Of a DNA stretch of 64,000 bases, positions 60,901 to 64,000 are shown piece after piece (the stretch's first letter is position 1; every line of letters begins with the position of its first letter). Origin of the DNA: Diadema antillarum (lineage: Eukaryota). Position numbers and translations under genes: made by a program. The DNA lies in assembly GCF_040938485.1 (NCBI RefSeq), contig NW_027271766.1, forward strand, positions 806,001 through 870,000, read 5' to 3'. The notes under the pieces are model-generated. The model was given only the letters and a program-made list of their open reading frames with translations, ran no database searches and was not told the DNA's origin.

Positions 60901-63367
60901 CTCACAAGAAAAAAGAGGTATGAATGGTTTGTGAAATGTAGTATGAATGACTGTAGGTAATCTTTAATCTGATTTGCACATATATCCAGTGAAGAACATA
61001 CATGTACATCACAGAAGGATTTCCTTGATTGCTCTCTGGAACCATCATGAATTTGATGTCTGAATGATGGTGACCCTGCTTCTCTAGGGAACACCAGAAC
61101 TACTTCAGTTACGAGTGTTTTTGGCAAATCTGTTAATGTTGGATTGCTTGCAGGCAAATTTTTATACAAACGTATATGGTGACAAGTGATCCTAACCTGA
61201 AATCTTAAATTGTATTTTTTTTTGTATTCAACCAGCCACAGGAAAATGTAATTTGAACCTTTCACCTCTGAGAGCCTACATTTTTCATGTATCCAATTAT
61301 GAGACAAATTTACCTCTCATTAGCAGTGATATAATGCTCTGTGCGACTCGAAATACTTACCCATTGAGGACAAGCTGATTTTGCTTTAACACACGTTTTC
61401 CATAGACACCTATGTGGGAATATGCATGGGAGTGGTCTTCAATGAGTTAAAAAAAAGATGTTCTTGAAGATAATATTTTTCGTACTTTTTTTTTTAAATT
61501 GGCAGATACTTGATGATGATGAGGATGATGAAAATGCAGAAAAGAAGAGCGCTGAGGCAGGGCCAAGCAAGAGGGTTACCAAGGCGACAGTGATTGACCT
61601 CCTGGCAGCAGAGATAGAGCCACTCCTGCGGAACCATGAGAATGTTGCCAATCTAGTGCTATTGAGCATGGTGGGTCGCTCAATTGTTGAATCCTCTCTT
61701 GCCCTTGTGCGGTGTATACCAGTATCTGCTGTAGATGTGGAATACTGTAACAGTGGATGTTTTTGCGTGACTAATTTTTCGCGCTTGGCCGGGCGAGAGG
61801 AGTTTCGCGTGTTTTTAATTCCGCGGAAGCAAGCCACCACGCACAGAAACATATGGCGAGCAAAAATATTCGCGTGCTTTTATTTTCGCGCTAGTTTCTA
61901 GTTGCGCGGAATACGCGAAAATTTTAACACCGCGAAAATTTCCACTTTTACAGTAATTTGTAGGCTTATTTTGTTTGTTTTTGCATGTGTATTTATTTAC
62001 TGTGGTATGGGACCGACGCGAAGTGGATATAATGTGAATATTTTTGTCAGTTTATTACATGAAACAGAAAATTTGCATTGGCGTGTTATGTGTTGAATGT
62101 GCATTTGAGTTTGCAGTATGCCTTACCAGTACCATAGGTAATCACACATTTACTACAGCTGGTTTATACAAGGGTGCTATTTGAATCTGATTTTCTTGTC
62201 CAGATTTGGGCTTACTTGCTTGATTTAAGCTTGAAATTTGTCTTGACTGTTCAACAAATTTAAACATGAAGTACTGGTATTCATTGTACCTAGCTTATGT
62301 GTGGAAAATTGTAGAAAACAAAATGCAGTCAGGTACCATAAAAAATCTTTTGTTTTACATATCATATATAATCATGCATGATGAACTGATGTAGAGAATG
62401 ATAATACCTGCAGGATGCAATGTCATGAAGACGCAGACTTGTCATATGCAGTATTAGGCTAGTGCAGTATTGACCACAATGTGTGCAAGATGCACATACC
62501 TGGGCCCTGTTTTATGAAGAGTTGTAATTGATTATATAGTTGATTTCTATGGTAAGTCTATGGCAGCCTGTGTGGTAAGGAAATTTATAATTGATTATAT
62601 GTTTTGATGAGACGGGGCATGGTATATTTTCCTCAACACAGAGTTTTTGCTTGCCTTCTCATCATGTGTGTTTATTTATATGTTATATCCTATTATTGCT
62701 TTCTAATCAAACTCCCCCCTCCCCCCTCCCCCCTCCCCCCCCCCCCCCCCCCCCACGCCAACAGGTGTCACTCCCTGACAACATGCCCGCGACGTTTCAG
62801 GCCACCTACACACCCATCGCTGCAGCCGGCACAGACACGCAAATCTCTCACTTGGCGAGGATGATCAGTAACCAGCTGGCTGCAGCTGGCATGAAGCCCA
62901 GCAACTATCAGGTAGAGATCAAACAAACGTGAAGGATAAATAGATGAATTTGTAATGAGATTTACGAGTGAATGGATATATAGAAACATAGATTACTATG
63001 TAGAGATGTAAATGAAAAGACAGTTTAATTGGAGATCCCTGTATAGATAGCTAGGGTTATAAAATGATATTAAAACATAGAGTTGCACAGAGGTACAACC
63101 TACTTTGATCAAATTGGAAGATTTTTTGTTTTAGTAAGAGAAATTTCCTTGACTTGATTATACAGATTTAGAGTTCCAGTCTCATGTCTAAACCTTTGTT
63201 CTTGTTTAAAACGCTCTAGGTTGAACCCTTCACATATGCTTGAACATAAGATATTCTCCTTGTGAATTTGCAGGATGTGGAAGTGGAGGAAGAGGAGCAG
63301 AAAGAGGAGAAGATGGAGGAGGAATTCACCACCAAAGGCATCCCTGTCCTTGGGACCAGTGTCCAAG
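46919..63367 (+). CDS. SYMPK: Symplekin, N-terminal exons (gene continues past the right edge)
   Basis: Exon 1 from 46919 ([15 protein letters not shown]; its 3' boundary is uncertain), then 48284-48406, 49318-49391, 50635-50767, 52792-52901, 53550-53661, 54426-54529, 54920-55017, 56176-56234, 58688-58783, 60604-60693, 61506-61670, 62765-62911 and 63274-63367, all in phase. Motifs [73 protein letters not shown]. Confidence 0.97.
49780..50200 (+). mobile_element. Decayed Ty3/Gypsy gag-like remnant in SYMPK intron
   Basis: Frameshifted [54 protein letters not shown] resembles the DP..IF / R.Q..GET..DF / D..LRDQF..GV.D..IRRELR pattern of PNMA-like gags. Recognised by eye only. Confidence 0.45.
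50825..52074 (+). mobile_element. Helentron-associated element (HINE) with three ~320-360-bp internal repeats
   Basis: subTIRs GCTCACCTGAG (50831) / CTCAGGTGAGC (52041); 5' hairpin GCTCACCTGAGCCGAAGGCTCAAGTGAGC; (CCGTCGT)-type microsatellite; 3' hairpin GACCCCCGGGTC; T-rich flanks. Confidence 0.85.
52319..52602. mobile_element. TA-flanked MITE, family of 12348-12569
   Basis: TACTGTATAT / ATATACAGTA termini. Confidence 0.7.
53840..54028. mobile_element. TA-flanked pogo/Tigger-like MITE
   Basis: TA|CGGTGGACTCCCGTTATAA...TTATAACGGGAGTGCACTG|TA. Confidence 0.8.
55172..55814. mobile_element. 643-bp TA-flanked TIR element
   Basis: Perfect 16-bp inverted ends TACTGTATACGCTATA / TATAGCGTATACAGTA with subterminal TTCGCG repeats. 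Confidence 0.85.
57094..58504 (-). mobile_element. PIF/Harbinger deletion derivative with decayed MADF/Myb-like ORF
   Basis: TIRs AGCCCCTGTTCCAATAT versus AGCCCCCATTCCAGTAT; 3-bp flanks TTA/TCA. Minus-strand frameshifted [36 protein letters not shown] at about 57700-57560. Confidence 0.7.
59355..60480 (+). mobile_element. Helentron-associated element (HINE) carrying a tandem array
   Basis: Perfect subTIRs GTCCCCGCCG (59360) / CGGCGGGGAC (60441), (GTCC/GTGT)n microsatellite, 3' hairpin ATTACGC-ACC-GCGTAAT (60455-60471), T-rich flanks. Confidence 0.85.
59493..60440 (+). repeat. Tandem array of six ~157-158-bp units
   Basis: Unit starts (AAATGCTAC) at 59493, 59641, 59799, 59956, 60114, 60271 and a partial unit at 60429. 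Confidence 0.95.
61743..61955. mobile_element. TA-flanked MITE, family of 24709-24921
   Basis: TACTGTAACAGTGGA / TCCACTTTTACAGTA termini; internal sequence highly similar to the 24.7-kb copy. Confidence 0.9.
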
Positions 63368-64000
63368 GTAAGAAGAACATCTGAGAGGATGTAGTGAGGA
63401 GGTTGAGGCAGCTCCCCAACACCCCCCCCCCCCCAAAAAAAAAAAAAAAAAGATAATTTTCTAGTTTTCTGTCTCTTTCCTTTTGTGGTGTGGTCACAAC
63501 ATTTTAAATTTTCTCCTGCTCCTTAGAGTCAGTGAGTTGTGGTTAGAGAATTCGTGCAGCACATCTGCAGAACATGGATCCATTGTCTAGACTGGATTTG
63601 CCCAGCTCTAGACTGTGGCCAAGATACCTCGACAATTGCTTACAGAAGGAAGGGGGGGGGGGGGGAATGATGAGGGAAAGAAGAATTTAGAAATGGATGG
63701 ACATGGCTTTAGATGGAAGAGAGAGAGAGAGGAAGAGATGTGGGCCTTGCATACAATATCATTAGATTCAGTTCATGAGATTCTTCCATCGAGATTTTTT
63801 TTTTTGCGTTGACGTAGGGCAATTTATCAATCAGTTGCAATATAATTAGATATTCAGATTCAAAAGAATTTTCTGGAAACAGTGCACTCAAATCTTGAAT
63901 ATGGAGGTGTTAAATGTGCAGTACAATGGATTATGATCAAATAGCATTATCAAAATAATGTATATGTAAATATCAAGCTTCAAGAAAGTGAAATACATCT

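Noticed and set aside
60825-61307. 160-aa minus-strand intronic ORF
   Set aside because: No motifs, no splice context and no repeat support; treated as a chance ORF.

Overview
AT-rich, intron-rich metazoan genomic DNA. It looks like an invertebrate deuterostome, possibly an echinoderm; this is inferred from repeat style only. Five spliced protein-coding genes can be built exon by exon with consistent phases. These are an uncharacterised HEAT-repeat protein (minus strand, running off the left edge), a B4GAT1-like glycosyltransferase (+, 437 aa), NTPCR (+, 192 aa), PPP5C (minus, 12 exons, 498 aa, with a clear U12-type minor intron) and SYMPK (+, running off the right edge; the exon 1-2 junction is out of frame). 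Introns and intergenic DNA are dense with decayed LINE 3' ends, TA- and TTAA-flanked MITEs, a Harbinger derivative, a Gypsy gag remnant and three Helentron-like (HINE) elements, one of which carries a dimeric higher-order ~157-bp array. There are three short N gaps. I see no unambiguous new biological system. The best leads are a cryptic minus-strand transcript with a C/D snoRNA-like element between NTPCR and PPP5C, a possible 7-nt SYMPK microexon, the nascent higher-order satellite, and gene linkage matching one vertebrate paralogon.
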